NCBI RefSeq assembly: GCF_001447785.1
Contig: NW_015172148.1
Location: 1 to 64,000, forward strand
From: Gekko japonicus
Lineage: Eukaryota
DNA: 64,000 bases
Direction of reading: 5' to 3'
Shown here: positions 63,911 through 64,000 of the stretch, piece after piece
Position numbering within the stretch: position 1 is the stretch's first letter
Layout of the letters: every line of letters begins with the position of its first letter
The notes under the pieces: generated by a model
Databases searched by the model: none
The model's input: only the letters and a program-made list of their open reading frames with translations
Told to the model about the DNA's origin: nothing
Translations under genes and position numbers: made by a program

Positions 63911-64000
63911 TGTTCACTTTAAAAGCCCCTTGGTGGGTTACAATTGTTTGGGCCTCGGCAGCCTCCGGGGTGACAGGCAACTGCTGGTATGCCTGGGCCA

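Overview
Vertebrate genomic DNA, most likely squamate and probably gecko, judging by Squam2/Squam3-type SINEs, CR1, RTE-BovB, L1 and Gypsy content. It is repeat-saturated and has one assembly gap (28614-28868). The host content is a PLAAT/HRASLS (LRAT-like phospholipase A/acyltransferase) locus. On the + strand are two duplicated catalytic modules (A: exons 11318-11420 and 22076-22353; B: exons 27978-28080 and 30116-30429) and two tandem intact copies of a membrane-anchor last exon (48816-48965, 50632-50781). Both last exons lie downstream of B; I see none between A and B. All junctions are phase-compatible, so A, B or an A+B double-domain protein could each join either tail. A decayed PLAAT copy lies on the - strand (about 58017-60160). 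The rest is mostly nested mobile DNA: a class I ERV pol remnant, four Gypsy LTR elements (one very young, one a self-priming chromovirus), Helitrons, hAT/Harbinger MITEs, LINE fragments, and ORF1-only L1-derived (HAL1-like) retroposons whose divergent 5' ends share a four-hairpin fold. All family names come from motif recognition, not database searches.
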